Below are positions 37,816-49,200 of a DNA stretch of 64,000 bases, in pieces. The number at the start of each line of letters is the position of its first letter. Positions within the stretch are counted from its first letter, which is position 1. Position numbers and translations under genes: made by a program. Where the stretch lies: positions 32,001 to 96,000 of the IMG/VR virus record IMGVR_UViG_3300021426_000063; one strand, written 5' to 3'. This DNA is from a virus. Lineage: Duplodnaviria; Caudoviricetes. The notes under the pieces are model-generated. The model saw nothing but the letters and a program-made list of their open reading frames with translations. It had not been told where the DNA came from and searched no databases.

Positions 37816-40689
37816 TTATTCATCAAATCCACCTGCTGCAATAGCACCAGTCTTGAGGATTGTGAGTCTCTGAGCAATGATTTCAAGACCACGAACAATC
37901 TCAACATAGATATCAATAACACCCATATTGTGGTCAATAACCTCTGCTGTGTTATTGGTTGTATCCATTACTGTTCTGAAATCATAAAGGCCACCATTGT
38001 GCTTCATATTATTAAGGAACTCATCAACAAGAGTCTTGATTTCAAGTCTTGTCTGTGGAGTATTGAACTCAAAGACATACTTTCTCAAGATTTCCTCAAC
38101 GCCATCCTGGATGTAGATAGCAGCCTCACGGACATGTGCAGAAGAAAGTGCTGAAACAGGAGTCTGTTTTGCAGTCTTGTTAGCATATACCTCAACACCA
38201 ACACCAGGTTCCCAGATAATAGAGTTGATACCCATTGGTTCAAGCCAGTCTCTGTTGTCAGATACAAGTGTTGCTTCAACACCAACAACCTGGTTACCAG
38301 AGATGACACCCCTCTTCTGACCAGCAACAATTGACCAAGCAAATCCTCTACTGTACTTCTGGATATAAAGGTTAGATACATATGCTGCTGGTGGTACTGA
38401 CTTAGGAGCACTCAAATCAGTAATCCTCAAGTATGGATAGTAGTAAGCACCCCAAGATGCACCATTCTCAATCTTTGGAAGTGAGAACAAGAATGAAGGA
38501 TTCTTTGAAAGGTCACCACCCTTTGCAATAAACTCAACCTCTACACCACCACTCTTATTTACAAATGAAGGATCCAAACTCTTCTTGAAGTCAAGCTGTG
38601 AAGGACAGTTAACAATTGCGAATGCACTCTTCCTACCCTTACACAACTGGGTGTAAACCTTCTTACATTCCTCTTCAAGACCAAGACCGAAGGTATCAAC
38701 AACATATCTGAATCTGATATAATCCCTGTCAATAAGGGCTTTGTAAAGATTAGATACAGTTGAAGTGAATTCAGGATTCTCTCTAATCATATCAAGAATC
38801 ATATTCTGACGCTCATTTGTACCATCAGGTGTTGCTTCCTTTCTTACCTGGAAACCATTGAGACATACCCACTGGAGTCTGTCAGCAATCTTATCCATAG
38901 GTGTAACCTTGATGATGGTGTTATCCATTGTACTGTGAGCAGTCTTATAAACCTTATCTGCACATACAACAAGGATACCTGCCTTTGTAGCAGTCTTTGT
39001 ACACTTACCTGTTACAGGATCCTTTACTGCATCACCATTGTATACATTCTTTACCTCAACAACTCTTGTAAGTCTTGAATGTCTTTCACCCTGTTCATCC
39101 TTATAGGTATCTGAAAGGAGATAATCACCAACAACTACATTTGAAAGTCTGTCAAGAATAACCTCATTGTCTCTTTCAACATAAGGTTTGTTGTTATTTG
39201 CATCCAAATACAAATCATCTGGTGTATTAAATACAAACTCTGTCACCAAAGGTTTTACATCCTTTACAATCTCACTTACTGTACCAATCTCATCAAGTTC
39301 ACTGCCGGCATCAGAATTTGCATAAAGTTTGGCACCAACTGTGAGATATGAAGAATCAGAGTAAACTATCTCTTCTGGATTTGAATCACCTTCTGTAACC
39401 TTCACCCAAGCGAATGGATGTGTAGAAGTATTATCAGCATCAGCATCAAGCTTCTTTTCATATTCATCCGCACCAACCTTTACAACCTGTGCTTCATTCT
39501 TATACTTGAAGTTATAACCCAAGAAGTCAAAAGTAAGTTCATTAGGAATAACAGTTGAATCATCTGAACCAATAACCATATCACAGATACTGTGACCAAT
39601 AAGGTCAATATTCTCATCAATGAAATCTGTATCAAGATTTACATCTTCAAGAAGATTTACATTCTCTGTACATATAAGACCAATTGTATCAACATCATCA
39701 TTAACCAACTTCTGAATCCAGATGTTCCTACCAAGTTTGTCAACAAAGTTAGGAATCAATGAACCAACATACTTTGCACGGAGGTCAACTGATGGAAGGT
39801 TCAAGAACTTTGTAAGATTTGCATCATCAGTACCTCTGATGAAACCATTCTCATCAAAGAATGACTGATAGATGATGTCTGAAGAGAATCTCTTGTAAGG
39901 TTCAGAAGTAACAGTGTACTTGGTGAGTGCATCACCATTCTGTTCCTGGTTGTCATCATCAAAATCAATACCAGAATAAATTGTACTCTTTGTAAGTGCT
40001 GGACCAAAGTCACCACCTACAACATAAACCTCTACAAGATAATCACTTACATATGAACTACCATTGAGATATTCAGGGACATTACCTTCACCATACCATT
40101 CATTAAGTGTAAGTTGATAACCCTTTGAAGAATAATCACTAGCCTTCTTTACCAAGATAGAAACTGGTTTCTTACCTACATTTGAGAAGTGAAGAATACT
40201 CTCATTCCACTTTGAGTCATCACTTGCTGAACCAAGACAGGTATCAATAGCATCAAGGAATGCCTCATCACTTGCATACCAGAACTTATCTGTATTATAC
40301 AATGACTGTAATGGGAGAGTAACAGATGGTTTGTTCTTATCACCTGAATTGATTGAGAATGACTTCTCAACAACCTGGTCAAGATCAGGGTCAAGATTCA
40401 AGAGATTCAAACAAAGGATTGGACCTGCACTCAATGCAACCAATGCACTTCTATGGAAGAATGAACCCTTCTTCTCCAAAGAACGGTCAATGTTTCCATA
40501 CAACTTGATAAACTGGGCAGGAGATGTAACCAATTTGACTGTATTGAATGGACCAGTCTTACTAAAACCTACAACCAATCTAACATTAGACAAAGTTGTA
40601 ATACTATCATTTGAAATTTCAGACTTATCTCTCTCAAAACGATAAGTACCAGCTGATTTCAAATTAATCAATTCTGCATCTAAAGCCAT
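37816..40689 (-). CDS. tail sheath protein (gp18-like)
   Basis: SAGTY..E.D, VGFSKTGP, YYPY, VPPAAYV, AG..RG, INSI, FEFN, DTTNNT.EVID; late promoter at 40718-40725. Confidence 0.92.
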   Translation of the reverse strand: MALDAELINLKSAGTYRFERDKSEISNDSITTLSNVRLVVGFSKTGPFNTVKLVTSPAQFIKLYGNIDRSLEKKGSFFHRSALVALSAGPILCLNLLNLDPDLDQVVEKSFSINSGDKNKPSVTLPLQSLYNTDKFWYASDEAFLDAIDTCLGSASDDSKWNESILHFSNVGKKPVSILVKKASDYSSKGYQLTLNEWYGEGNVPEYLNGSSYVSDYLVEVYVVGGDFGPALTKSTIYSGIDFDDDNQEQNGDALTKYTVTSEPYKRFSSDIIYQSFFDENGFIRGTDDANLTKFLNLPSVDLRAKYVGSLIPNFVDKLGRNIWIQKLVNDDVDTIGLICTENVNLLEDVNLDTDFIDENIDLIGHSICDMVIGSDDSTVIPNELTFDFLGYNFKYKNEAQVVKVGADEYEKKLDADADNTSTHPFAWVKVTEGDSNPEEIVYSDSSYLTVGAKLYANSDAGSELDEIGTVSEIVKDVKPLVTEFVFNTPDDLYLDANNNKPYVERDNEVILDRLSNVVVGDYLLSDTYKDEQGERHSRLTRVVEVKNVYNGDAVKDPVTGKCTKTATKAGILVVCADKVYKTAHSTMDNTIIKVTPMDKIADRLQWVCLNGFQVRKEATPDGTNERQNMILDMIRENPEFTSTVSNLYKALIDRDYIRFRYVVDTFGLGLEEECKKVYTQLCKGRKSAFAIVNCPSQLDFKKSLDPSFVNKSGGVEVEFIAKGGDLSKNPSFLFSLPKIENGASWGAYYYPYLRITDLSAPKSVPPAAYVSNLYIQKYSRGFAWSIVAGQKRGVISGNQVVGVEATLVSDNRDWLEPMGINSIIWEPGVGVEVYANKTAKQTPVSALSSAHVREAAIYIQDGVEEILRKYVFEFNTPQTRLEIKTLVDEFLNNMKHNGGLYDFRTVMDTTNNTAEVIDHNMGVIDIYVEIVRGLEIIAQRLTILKTGAIAAGGFDE

Positions 40690-40717
40690 AATTTTCTTTT
40701 TTTATTGTATTATATGG

Positions 40718-40782
40718 TATTTATGAAAAAAGTTTTTTAATGTGAGGGGTCATCATACCATCATATTTGAATTTCATAAATA
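40718..40782. promoter_or_regulatory. back-to-back late promoters for sheath (-) and tube (+)
   Basis: CATAAATA at 40725-40718 (-) and at 40775-40782 (+). Confidence 0.75.
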
Positions 40783-40841
40783 ATGTATGAATGAAGGCGG
40801 AGTCTTCATTTAGATATAAAAAATAAAATAACAACAAAGAT

Positions 40842-41426
40842 ATGGCACTTAGTCACTTTAAAAATTCACATGCCGCTGTTAATAAGTGGGAAGTTGTGAA
40901 TCCTGCCTTGTTTGAGGTTACTATTCTTCCTCCAACACTTGATGGTGAACAGGATGACCTTACAACACAGCTTCTCCTTGAGCATGTTAGATCAGTTTCT
41001 GGTCTTGATGGACTTAATCCAGCAATGGGTACAGTTATCCAGAAATACAAGCAAGCTGAAAGGGTTTACCTTGGTGTTCCTGAAACCACTCACCTTGAGT
41101 TGGCAATGACCTTCTCCTTGAACCTCAATGATTCAAATGAGAACTACATCTACACCACTCTCCGTAAATGGTACAACAGGGCATTCAACCCAGCAACCGG
41201 TGCATATGGTCTCAAAAAAGATTACTGTGGTTCAATGGTAATTGTTGAGTACAACCGTGATGGTTCAATCTGGAGAAAGACTACTTGTATCAATGTAATA
41301 CCTGGACAGCCAACTGGTATGAATGACAGGAACTATGATTCTGGTAATGAGGCCAATGAAATTACTATGACCTTCCAAGCAGACTGCTGGGATGATCAAA
41401 CTGTTGGACTTCCTGTCTATGAATAA
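40842..41426 (+). CDS. tail tube protein (gp19-like)
   Basis: 194 aa; LRKW....FNP.TG..GLKKDY...EY.RDG...F..D.W pattern; late promoter. Confidence 0.85.
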   Translation: MALSHFKNSHAAVNKWEVVNPALFEVTILPPTLDGEQDDLTTQLLLEHVRSVSGLDGLNPAMGTVIQKYKQAERVYLGVPETTHLELAMTFSLNLNDSNENYIYTTLRKWYNRAFNPATGAYGLKKDYCGSMVIVEYNRDGSIWRKTTCINVIPGQPTGMNDRNYDSGNEANEITMTFQADCWDDQTVGLPVYE

Positions 41427-41485
41427 AAAAATGAGTGGGACAACTGTCTCACTCATTTTTTATATATCTAAAATAGTTATTTTAT

Positions 41486-42211
41486 ATGCCCAAAAAGAAA
41501 AAATCTGATGATCAACTAATACCTGAATTGATGGTAGATAAAAATCCAATCACTCTTCTACCACTTAAATGCAGGAATCCAAAACAAAAACATTTTTTGA
41601 GTGAAATTAGAAATCATGATATTACAATATGTGATGGAATAGCAGGGTCTGGAAAAACTTACATAGCACTTTATGAAGGACTATTAGGTGTACTTGCAAA
41701 AAGATTTGACAAATTAGTCTTATGTAAATCAGTAATATCAACCCCAAATGAAGACATCGGATTCATCCCTGGAACAATAGAAGAAAAAATGGAACCACAC
41801 ATAATGTCCTACAAAGGAAATATGAAAAAGATGGTTAAGAATGAGGGAGATGTCGAGAGGTTGTTCAAGGAAAAGAAAGTAGAAGTTCTACCACTTGCAT
41901 ATATAAGAGGTGTTACACTTGACAAAGCTTACATCATTATTGATGAATCACAGAACATCACAATGAATCTTTTTAAATCAATAATTACAAGAATTGGTGA
42001 TGACAGTAAGATGATATTCCTTGGTGATATTGAACAGGTTGATTTTGACCAGGAAAAGAAAAGGAAACTATCAGCATTACAACATATCATAGATATCTTC
42101 AAAGAAGAAGATTATATTGGATACTGTCATTTCAATGATGATGAGGTAGTAAGAAACCCAATTATACCAAAAGTAATTAAGAAGTTAAGAGATTGGAATG
42201 ATAAAAAATAA
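41486..42211 (+). CDS. phoH: PhoH family ATPase
   Basis: GIAGSGKT, IGFIPG, PLAYIRG.T, IIDESQN, TRIG, GD..Q.D, VRNP. Confidence 0.93.
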   Translation: MPKKKKSDDQLIPELMVDKNPITLLPLKCRNPKQKHFLSEIRNHDITICDGIAGSGKTYIALYEGLLGVLAKRFDKLVLCKSVISTPNEDIGFIPGTIEEKMEPHIMSYKGNMKKMVKNEGDVERLFKEKKVEVLPLAYIRGVTLDKAYIIIDESQNITMNLFKSIITRIGDDSKMIFLGDIEQVDFDQEKKRKLSALQHIIDIFKEEDYIGYCHFNDDEVVRNPIIPKVIKKLRDWNDKK

Positions 42212-42245
42212 GAAAAGAGGAAGGTTTGATACCTTCCTCTTTTGT

Positions 42246-44048
42246 TTATTCTCTGATACTTGTTGCTTTTGTTGTGATGACATTCTTCAATCCAACCAGT
42301 TCCTTCAAATATGCAATCTCTCCAGCATATGTACTATCTGGATATATATAATATGTCAATGCACATATATCATCAAGAACCTTTACACCACAAATAATTT
42401 TAAGATACATAGGTGGTTTCTCATTACCATAACAACTCCAAAGAGCATCACCAAAGATAAGGAATACAGAATTCTTATCTTTTCTCCTAATCTCATTTAT
42501 CTCATGTGCAACATCCTCAAAGTTTTCAATTGCACCACCAGGATTCTGACTATCAATATAATCCCAAGTCTGTGAAAGTACTACTTCTTTACCTTTTGAT
42601 CTTAACATCTTACCATTTATCTTTCTTGGAAGAACAAGTCTTTCACCAAAACCATACACAACAACATCTGTATATGACAACTCCTGACACAAATCTATAA
42701 CCCTACCCAAGAAAGTATATACCAAATCCTTGTTTACAGAACCAGAAAAGTCAACAAAACAATAAATCTTCTGAATCTCACCATGACCATAAGTCCTGGT
42801 TGGAAGAACAGCACCTCTCCACAAATGGTTCTTGTGACCATATACAGTCTTGTTCTTGGCCTTTGTTGTATCTCCCTTCATTACAGATTTACCTTTAAGG
42901 AAGAGTTTCAAGAGTTCTTTCCATTCATCATTCTCTATCTTTGACTTCATTGCACTCTTCACAATGGTTTTAGACAATGCTGAACCACCTCTCTTCTCAC
43001 ATTTCTTTTCAAGACCATCAACAATATCCTTTTTGAGTTTATTCAACTCATCTTCAGACATATCTTCTGTTGTATCTGTATTCTTTGTATCTGTCATTTC
43101 TTTGATGTCTTCTTCTGATATACCTGCTCTCTCCATATCACTCTTGAGGTCTTCATCAGATATATCTCCTCTATGTTCACCAGCAAGTTTACCAGTACCA
43201 TCTTCACCCTCTTTGAGTTTATCCATTGCACTACCAAAACCACCTTCATCACCACTTTCAAGAGCATCCTTCAAATCAGACAACTTCTTATCTTTTTCAG
43301 ACATTGGTTTTCCTGGTGTTCCTGAACCAGAACTTCTTTCTGTTCCACCAGATTCAGAGCCAGATGATCCTGATGAACTACCAGATTCAGAACCAGATTC
43401 ACTACCAGGTTTTGATTCACCAGATGATGAACTCTCACCACTTGAACCTTTACTTGAATCACCACCAGTTTCTTTATCCTGTCTTAATTTATCAATTGCT
43501 TTCTCAATTGTATCTTTAAGTTTATCTTTTTCAGATTTATCTGAATCATCAGATGAACTACCACTACCACCAGATGGATCCATATCAGAAGTATCAAGGT
43601 CTGATGTATCTGCATCATCATCACCAAATTCATTATCCTGATAATCAAAATCATCAAAATCATCAGAATCACCAGACATATTGAGTTCAATTTCTTTCTT
43701 CAATTTCTCCAACTCATCATTGTCATCCCAAAGAACCTTGTTCTTCTTGAACTCCTTATCCTGCATCTTTCCTGATAATTTACCTTTCAAAACAGGATCC
43801 AGAAAATCATCTGGAAGATCCATATCATCAGTTGAAGATATTGAATCACCTCCACCACCTGCTGCTTGTAACTTATAGAAATACTTGGCAAACTTCTCCC
43901 ATGCCTTTTCAAGACCCTGTTTTTCTGTCTTCATTTCAGGATTGATAGGTATAGATTTGACAATCTCTTCTGCCTTTGATTCAGCAGATTCCTCTGATTC
44001 ATTGACAGACTTTAATATAGTATCCAATTGTTCAAATATGCTTATCAT
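42246..44048 (-). CDS. vWA-domain protein (DUF2201 C-terminal-like) with long acidic Ser/Gly linker
   Basis: W.ELL..F...P, MIDAS-like FVDFSGSV, GG, FGD; N-terminal VNES. Confidence 0.75.
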   Translation of the reverse strand: MISIFEQLDTILKSVNESEESAESKAEEIVKSIPINPEMKTEKQGLEKAWEKFAKYFYKLQAAGGGGDSISSTDDMDLPDDFLDPVLKGKLSGKMQDKEFKKNKVLWDDNDELEKLKKEIELNMSGDSDDFDDFDYQDNEFGDDDADTSDLDTSDMDPSGGSGSSSDDSDKSEKDKLKDTIEKAIDKLRQDKETGGDSSKGSSGESSSSGESKPGSESGSESGSSSGSSGSESGGTERSSGSGTPGKPMSEKDKKLSDLKDALESGDEGGFGSAMDKLKEGEDGTGKLAGEHRGDISDEDLKSDMERAGISEEDIKEMTDTKNTDTTEDMSEDELNKLKKDIVDGLEKKCEKRGGSALSKTIVKSAMKSKIENDEWKELLKLFLKGKSVMKGDTTKAKNKTVYGHKNHLWRGAVLPTRTYGHGEIQKIYCFVDFSGSVNKDLVYTFLGRVIDLCQELSYTDVVVYGFGERLVLPRKINGKMLRSKGKEVVLSQTWDYIDSQNPGGAIENFEDVAHEINEIRRKDKNSVFLIFGDALWSCYGNEKPPMYLKIICGVKVLDDICALTYYIYPDSTYAGEIAYLKELVGLKNVITTKATSIRE

Positions 44049-44069
44049 AATATATATTCAAATTTATTT

Positions 44070-46316
44070 TTATTCTACTGATTCCCATTCACCCATTTCA
44101 TAATCTGGATGTGCTTCAAGTTTCTCATTTAATTCATCAATATCCACATAATCATATGTGTCTTTATAGCAAACTTCAAAAACAGACTCTTGAAGTTCTT
44201 CAACTCTATATTCTGGGAAATCTTTTTCAAATCTCAAACCAAACTGTTCATAATTACTATCCTCTAATCCATCTGATATATCTGAAAGTTCAAGTATTGT
44301 TTCTGAATCCTCATTAATCCAAGCACTGTAATAGAGTTTACCTTCATATGGTTCTATTTTTCCTTCATCAAAATCTGAATCAGAACCATTAATAATATCT
44401 GTATAACTCATAGGTTTATCTTCATCAGTTGGAATATCTGTTATTCTTGTGTCACTTCCTTCTTCTTCACCGGTTATTTTAGAGAATAATTTCATACTCT
44501 CTTCATCAAGTGCCAATGGATTAATAACACCTTTATCTAACAAATATTTCAATACTACTTCTGGACCATCCTTTTTAAGGATTTCTGTGAGTTTCTTCAT
44601 CTCACTTATGTATGCTTCCTTGAATTCATCACCAACCTTCCATACCTTCTGTGTCTTCAATACCTTACCAATGATCCTCAATCTTTCTGCTGCCATCTTT
44701 ACAACAGAACCCTTCTCATCTTCATTGAGTTCTGGATTAAGAATATTTTCAAATGCTTTAAATACTGTTTCAAAGACACCATCAAGAAGTCTTTGCATAT
44801 CTTCCTCTGTCTTGTTGAGAATTGTTTCATTATCAATCAATGTAACCAAATCAGGAAGGAATGATTCTTTCAATTTCTTCAATGTCTCAACAACACCATC
44901 AATATCTTCTTTCTTCATATCCTTGAAGTAAAGTTCTGTCAATGGTTCAAGTTTATCAGCACATTCTCCCAATATTTCAACAGTCTCTGTTGAAATCAAA
45001 TCAATCTTATAAAGGTCAATGAAATTCTTGAATACAACAATCATTCTCCTGAGAGGATGTGCTTTTTTGAATTTCTCCTTTCTTTCTTCTGCTTTCTTTG
45101 CATCCCTTTCTTCTCTCTTCTTCTTCAACCTTTCCTTTTCAACATCATCTGAAATGATATCTTCAAGGTCATCCTTGGCCTTATCTATCAAGTCTTCTTT
45201 TTCCTCTTTTGTAAGACCTCCTTCCTTCATCTTCTCCATTGCTTTCTTCAATGACTCCCTTGCCTTTTCAGTATCACTTGTGACATCATCACTTGTTTTT
45301 CCAAACTTACTGGCAACTTCATCTGCATTTTCAGATATGTTATCCATCATCTTATCAATATCTCTCAATGTCTTATCCATTTCTTCTTCTGACATACCAG
45401 CAGGATTCTTATACAAATCTTCAACAACATCTTCAATATCCATCTTCAAACTACCAATATCTCCAAGTTTTGATTCAGCAAGTTCTTCAAGTTCATCCTG
45501 GATGGTCTTGTCACCTCTATTTTCCTTACCAAGAAGTTCATCAAGAGTCTTCTGGAGTTCCTTTCTTGCATATCTCTTTTCTTCATCTTCTGCATCTGGA
45601 TCCATCAATACTTTTGATGCCTTTTCAACAGCTTCAAGAATCTTCAATTCAATATCATCAAGAGAAAAACCATTTCTATCCAACCATTCCTTGTATTCTT
45701 TGTCACCAACCTTATCCATAATCTCCTCCCAGGTCATACCTGTATATTCTTTCTTATAGAGAAGATTCATCCTCTTGAAGAAACCAGCATCAACAATACC
45801 ATCTTCAACCATTGAAGCATTTACCTCATAGTCCATACAGATATTAGCTTTCATATTGGCTTTCTTTCTTGCACCTTCCAATCCACCAGTGAACATATCT
45901 TTTGGATACATCTCATTGAATCTCAATAAGTGATTGAAGAACACATGAAACATCTCATGGAACAGAATACCAAATACCCTGTTACTGTCCATCTTACAAT
46001 CATTATAAACATAATTGAGATTTATCCAGAGATTGTTCCTGTCATCAACACACATAGTGTCTGTAATGTCACTTGGCCAGACAGGAAGATACATAGGTTT
46101 GCACTTTGCCATAAACTGATAAAGATATGGATAATCTCTCATCATTTTATATATACCATCTGAACAAACCTTAAGAAGATCTGCTGATTTAACTTTTACA
46201 TATTCTTTTTTATTAAGATCATATATATCAATTTCACCCATTTTTTCAATGATATCTTCATTACCAACTTCTGGACTATAAGATTCATTCAAACGATTAT
46301 ACATCTGATTATACAT
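44070..46316 (-). CDS. HExxH metallopeptidase (DUF2201 N-terminal-like) with long helical extension
   Basis: TMCVD..LWIN, LFHEMFHVFFNH..R, ANICMDYEVN; start at ATG 46316 after late promoter 46342-46349; LNES near N-terminus. Confidence 0.8.
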   Translation of the reverse strand: MYNQMYNRLNESYSPEVGNEDIIEKMGEIDIYDLNKKEYVKVKSADLLKVCSDGIYKMMRDYPYLYQFMAKCKPMYLPVWPSDITDTMCVDDRNNLWINLNYVYNDCKMDSNRVFGILFHEMFHVFFNHLLRFNEMYPKDMFTGGLEGARKKANMKANICMDYEVNASMVEDGIVDAGFFKRMNLLYKKEYTGMTWEEIMDKVGDKEYKEWLDRNGFSLDDIELKILEAVEKASKVLMDPDAEDEEKRYARKELQKTLDELLGKENRGDKTIQDELEELAESKLGDIGSLKMDIEDVVEDLYKNPAGMSEEEMDKTLRDIDKMMDNISENADEVASKFGKTSDDVTSDTEKARESLKKAMEKMKEGGLTKEEKEDLIDKAKDDLEDIISDDVEKERLKKKREERDAKKAEERKEKFKKAHPLRRMIVVFKNFIDLYKIDLISTETVEILGECADKLEPLTELYFKDMKKEDIDGVVETLKKLKESFLPDLVTLIDNETILNKTEEDMQRLLDGVFETVFKAFENILNPELNEDEKGSVVKMAAERLRIIGKVLKTQKVWKVGDEFKEAYISEMKKLTEILKKDGPEVVLKYLLDKGVINPLALDEESMKLFSKITGEEEGSDTRITDIPTDEDKPMSYTDIINGSDSDFDEGKIEPYEGKLYYSAWINEDSETILELSDISDGLEDSNYEQFGLRFEKDFPEYRVEELQESVFEVCYKDTYDYVDIDELNEKLEAHPDYEMGEWESVE

Positions 46317-46401
46317 AAAACTGTAAATAAATAATATATTGTATTTATGAAACAAAAAGGAAGTGGATAACCACTTCCTTTCAATTTATATTTAAATTCT
46401 A

Positions 46402-49188
46402 TTAAGCAAAATCTGCTCTTTCAAAATGGAATCTTGCATCAGTTGCATCAAGATATTTCTTCAAAGATGTAAGTGCTTCTTTGTTCTTCATAACATCAAG
46501 GAACTTGATGATATTGATATGCATAATCTTAACAAAGTTATCCTTTGATTTTGAATAAGTTCTATCAAGATTATTGAACATATTCATAAGAACATCAACA
46601 CTTGGGATATTATCAGGTGAGTAAACAACCTTTACATAATTCTCAATTCTCTTACATACCTCTGAACATTTTGCATCAGAAGGAATTACATAATCTGGAT
46701 CCTCCAAAATCTTTTCTACATTCACAGATGTCTTTGCATGTGTTTCAAGGAACTTTACATACTTCTTTGACATTTCTGTACCAATGATAGCATCTGCTTT
46801 CAAACGGACTTCATCAGATGGAATATCTGTAACCTCTACATATCCATGGTTCTTCTTATAAAGATAGAGTTCATGCATAAGTGCTGACCAGGTACGAGGT
46901 GTTGGCCAACCAGATTTACCCTTTTCATATTCCTCTGGTCTTATGGTATGCCAGTTGGTGTATTCACCATTCTCATCCTTTTCAAACATAAGGAACTCAA
47001 GAGTTACATCATCAAAGTGACCCTTTGTTACAGCCCACTTCTTCCAATCATCAAATGAAGGGATGAAGTTATACTGACCACCAAGGAAACGAGTACCAAC
47101 CACAGCACCAGTTGCACTATAACCTCTTTCAACTTCAGCATCATCCTGTGGACGGTTAGAACAGCATATGATTGCCCACTTATCACCAAGAACAAACTCA
47201 TCATTGTAAGTTCTGTTAAGGAGAATCTGCATCAAAATCTTAAATATCATCTCATCTGCACGGAAGAACTCATCAAAGAGAAGGATACCTCCTTCTGTTG
47301 TTTCAGTAACAACCAAGCGACCCTTCTTCATACTCTTATCAACATGACCATTTGCAATATCATTAAGAATATCATTCTCTTCCTGACTTGCAGATACACG
47401 GTAACAAGGTAACCAGGTCTTTGGTGCTTCTGTTGAAACCTTATGGATATTACCTTTAATCTTTTCAACAATATCTGTTGATACACCAGACTTCATAATG
47501 ATTTCTTTTACTCTTGGTCTGTCATTAAGATAATCTTCAACAGTTTTATCAATAGGAATAGGAAGTGTAAAACCATCAACAGTAAGGTCACCACATTCAA
47601 CAACCATCAAAGCCTTCTGATGGAAAGCATCCTGATTACTGTTCCATTCTTTTATAACACTCTTTGGAATACTTGATTTACCAATACCAGGAGCACCCCA
47701 AATGAGAACTGATCCACCACCTTCATCTTCACCTTCCATATATGCAGGTACATTCTTGATGGCATCATTAAGAATCATTCCAAGTTGCTTTGAATTGATA
47801 TTTGGAATATCCCTCAATCCACCAGCTTCTCCACTGAAACCAACTCTCTTGAAGTTCTCTTCATTAACCATCTGAAGATAACCAGTGTTACCATACTTTT
47901 CATAGTGTTCATTAATCATACCCTTGAAGGTCTCATAGTTCCTGTATTCAAGACTATCTTTATCTATGATTCCATAATATTCAGGACTTTCAACAATGTT
48001 GGCATGCTTTTCAACACCATCAAGAAGTTCATTCTCAATGCCACAGAAAGCAGTTACACCAGGAACACTACCAGCCGCTGCTACATTCAATGCTGTATAA
48101 GAACTTACAGCAGGATACATTTCACCATTATCCTTGAAGAATGCAATTACATTACCAAACTTCAAAGCAATTGATTTGAAAAATCCTTTTATTTTATCAA
48201 GACCCTTATCAATGAAGTCTTTTACCTTTCCTTCATTAACAAAGGAATCAAAATCAAGTACATGATTCATATTATCCATATCTGTTGTATTTTTATTTTC
48301 TGAAACAGCCTCATCATCCTCTTCTGCCATAGACTTAAAGAGATCTCTTCTGTATTTTTTATTCATTGTCCTAGTCTCATCTTCTGTACCACCAATGATA
48401 GGGAGATCTGCCCTTACAGTCTTGGTTTCAAGAGTTCCATCTGGATTTCTGAACTTCTTTTCAATCCACTTTGGAGTCCATTTCTTCAATGACTGTGAGA
48501 ATGAACCAAACAAGAACATATTCTTGAAATCAGCACAAGATGATACATCCCAGTTACAAATGGAATCATTATTGAATGTTGATTTGTAAAACATTCCTTC
48601 CATTGTCTTTACTCTACCTGTATCCCAAGTACTCAAATCAATATTTGGTAAATCAGTAAATGCAAACAATGCTGCCATATTTGTAACAGAAGAAACATCC
48701 AATTTTCTCAAAATACCCTTATGAGTCATTTCATTGGTGTGCTCTTCCTCTACCATATCATAGAAATCATTGATGAATCCAAAGATATTGTACTTTGATA
48801 CCTTATTATCTGTGAGTTTAACAGCACCTGTGATTGTTCTCTTCTCTTCTGGTTCATCAGGATCAGTCTTTTCACCTTCCACATCATCATCTTCAACTTC
48901 ACCAGTAAGAGGTTCATCTTCAACATCTACTTCCTTTGCAAAATCTTCATCCCAGAAACCCTCATTGATTGCTTGAACCTTCAATCTGTTTCTTTCAATG
49001 GTTTCATTGATATGCTCAATGTTGTCATCTACGGATTTATTGATAAGTTCTTCATTCTCAACAAGCCACTTATCAAACTCATCTGCAATTTCATCATCAG
49101 ACATTGTAATATTACTCTCATTTAGAAGCTTTCTAAACTCTGCTTCCCACCTAATAACAGCAGGACATAGTAATTGTTCTATTGTCAT
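46402..49188 (-). CDS. BspA/DUF285-repeat + MoxR-like AAA+ ATPase fusion
   Basis: LDVSSVTNM..LF / WDTGRVKTM..MF / WDVSS repeats; WGAPGIGKS, LLFDEFFRA, SNR, TRF, PTPRTW. Confidence 0.85.
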   Translation of the reverse strand: MTIEQLLCPAVIRWEAEFRKLLNESNITMSDDEIADEFDKWLVENEELINKSVDDNIEHINETIERNRLKVQAINEGFWDEDFAKEVDVEDEPLTGEVEDDDVEGEKTDPDEPEEKRTITGAVKLTDNKVSKYNIFGFINDFYDMVEEEHTNEMTHKGILRKLDVSSVTNMAALFAFTDLPNIDLSTWDTGRVKTMEGMFYKSTFNNDSICNWDVSSCADFKNMFLFGSFSQSLKKWTPKWIEKKFRNPDGTLETKTVRADLPIIGGTEDETRTMNKKYRRDLFKSMAEEDDEAVSENKNTTDMDNMNHVLDFDSFVNEGKVKDFIDKGLDKIKGFFKSIALKFGNVIAFFKDNGEMYPAVSSYTALNVAAAGSVPGVTAFCGIENELLDGVEKHANIVESPEYYGIIDKDSLEYRNYETFKGMINEHYEKYGNTGYLQMVNEENFKRVGFSGEAGGLRDIPNINSKQLGMILNDAIKNVPAYMEGEDEGGGSVLIWGAPGIGKSSIPKSVIKEWNSNQDAFHQKALMVVECGDLTVDGFTLPIPIDKTVEDYLNDRPRVKEIIMKSGVSTDIVEKIKGNIHKVSTEAPKTWLPCYRVSASQEENDILNDIANGHVDKSMKKGRLVVTETTEGGILLFDEFFRADEMIFKILMQILLNRTYNDEFVLGDKWAIICCSNRPQDDAEVERGYSATGAVVGTRFLGGQYNFIPSFDDWKKWAVTKGHFDDVTLEFLMFEKDENGEYTNWHTIRPEEYEKGKSGWPTPRTWSALMHELYLYKKNHGYVEVTDIPSDEVRLKADAIIGTEMSKKYVKFLETHAKTSVNVEKILEDPDYVIPSDAKCSEVCKRIENYVKVVYSPDNIPSVDVLMNMFNNLDRTYSKSKDNFVKIMHINIIKFLDVMKNKEALTSLKKYLDATDARFHFERADFA

Positions 49189-49200
49189 AATCTATATAAT

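Noticed and set aside
42850-45759. Long plus-strand ORFs (263 aa, 160 aa, 246 aa) and similar shadow ORFs elsewhere
   Set aside because: Ser/Phe/Leu-rich antisense shadows of Glu/Lys/Asp-rich genes, with no motifs or promoters.
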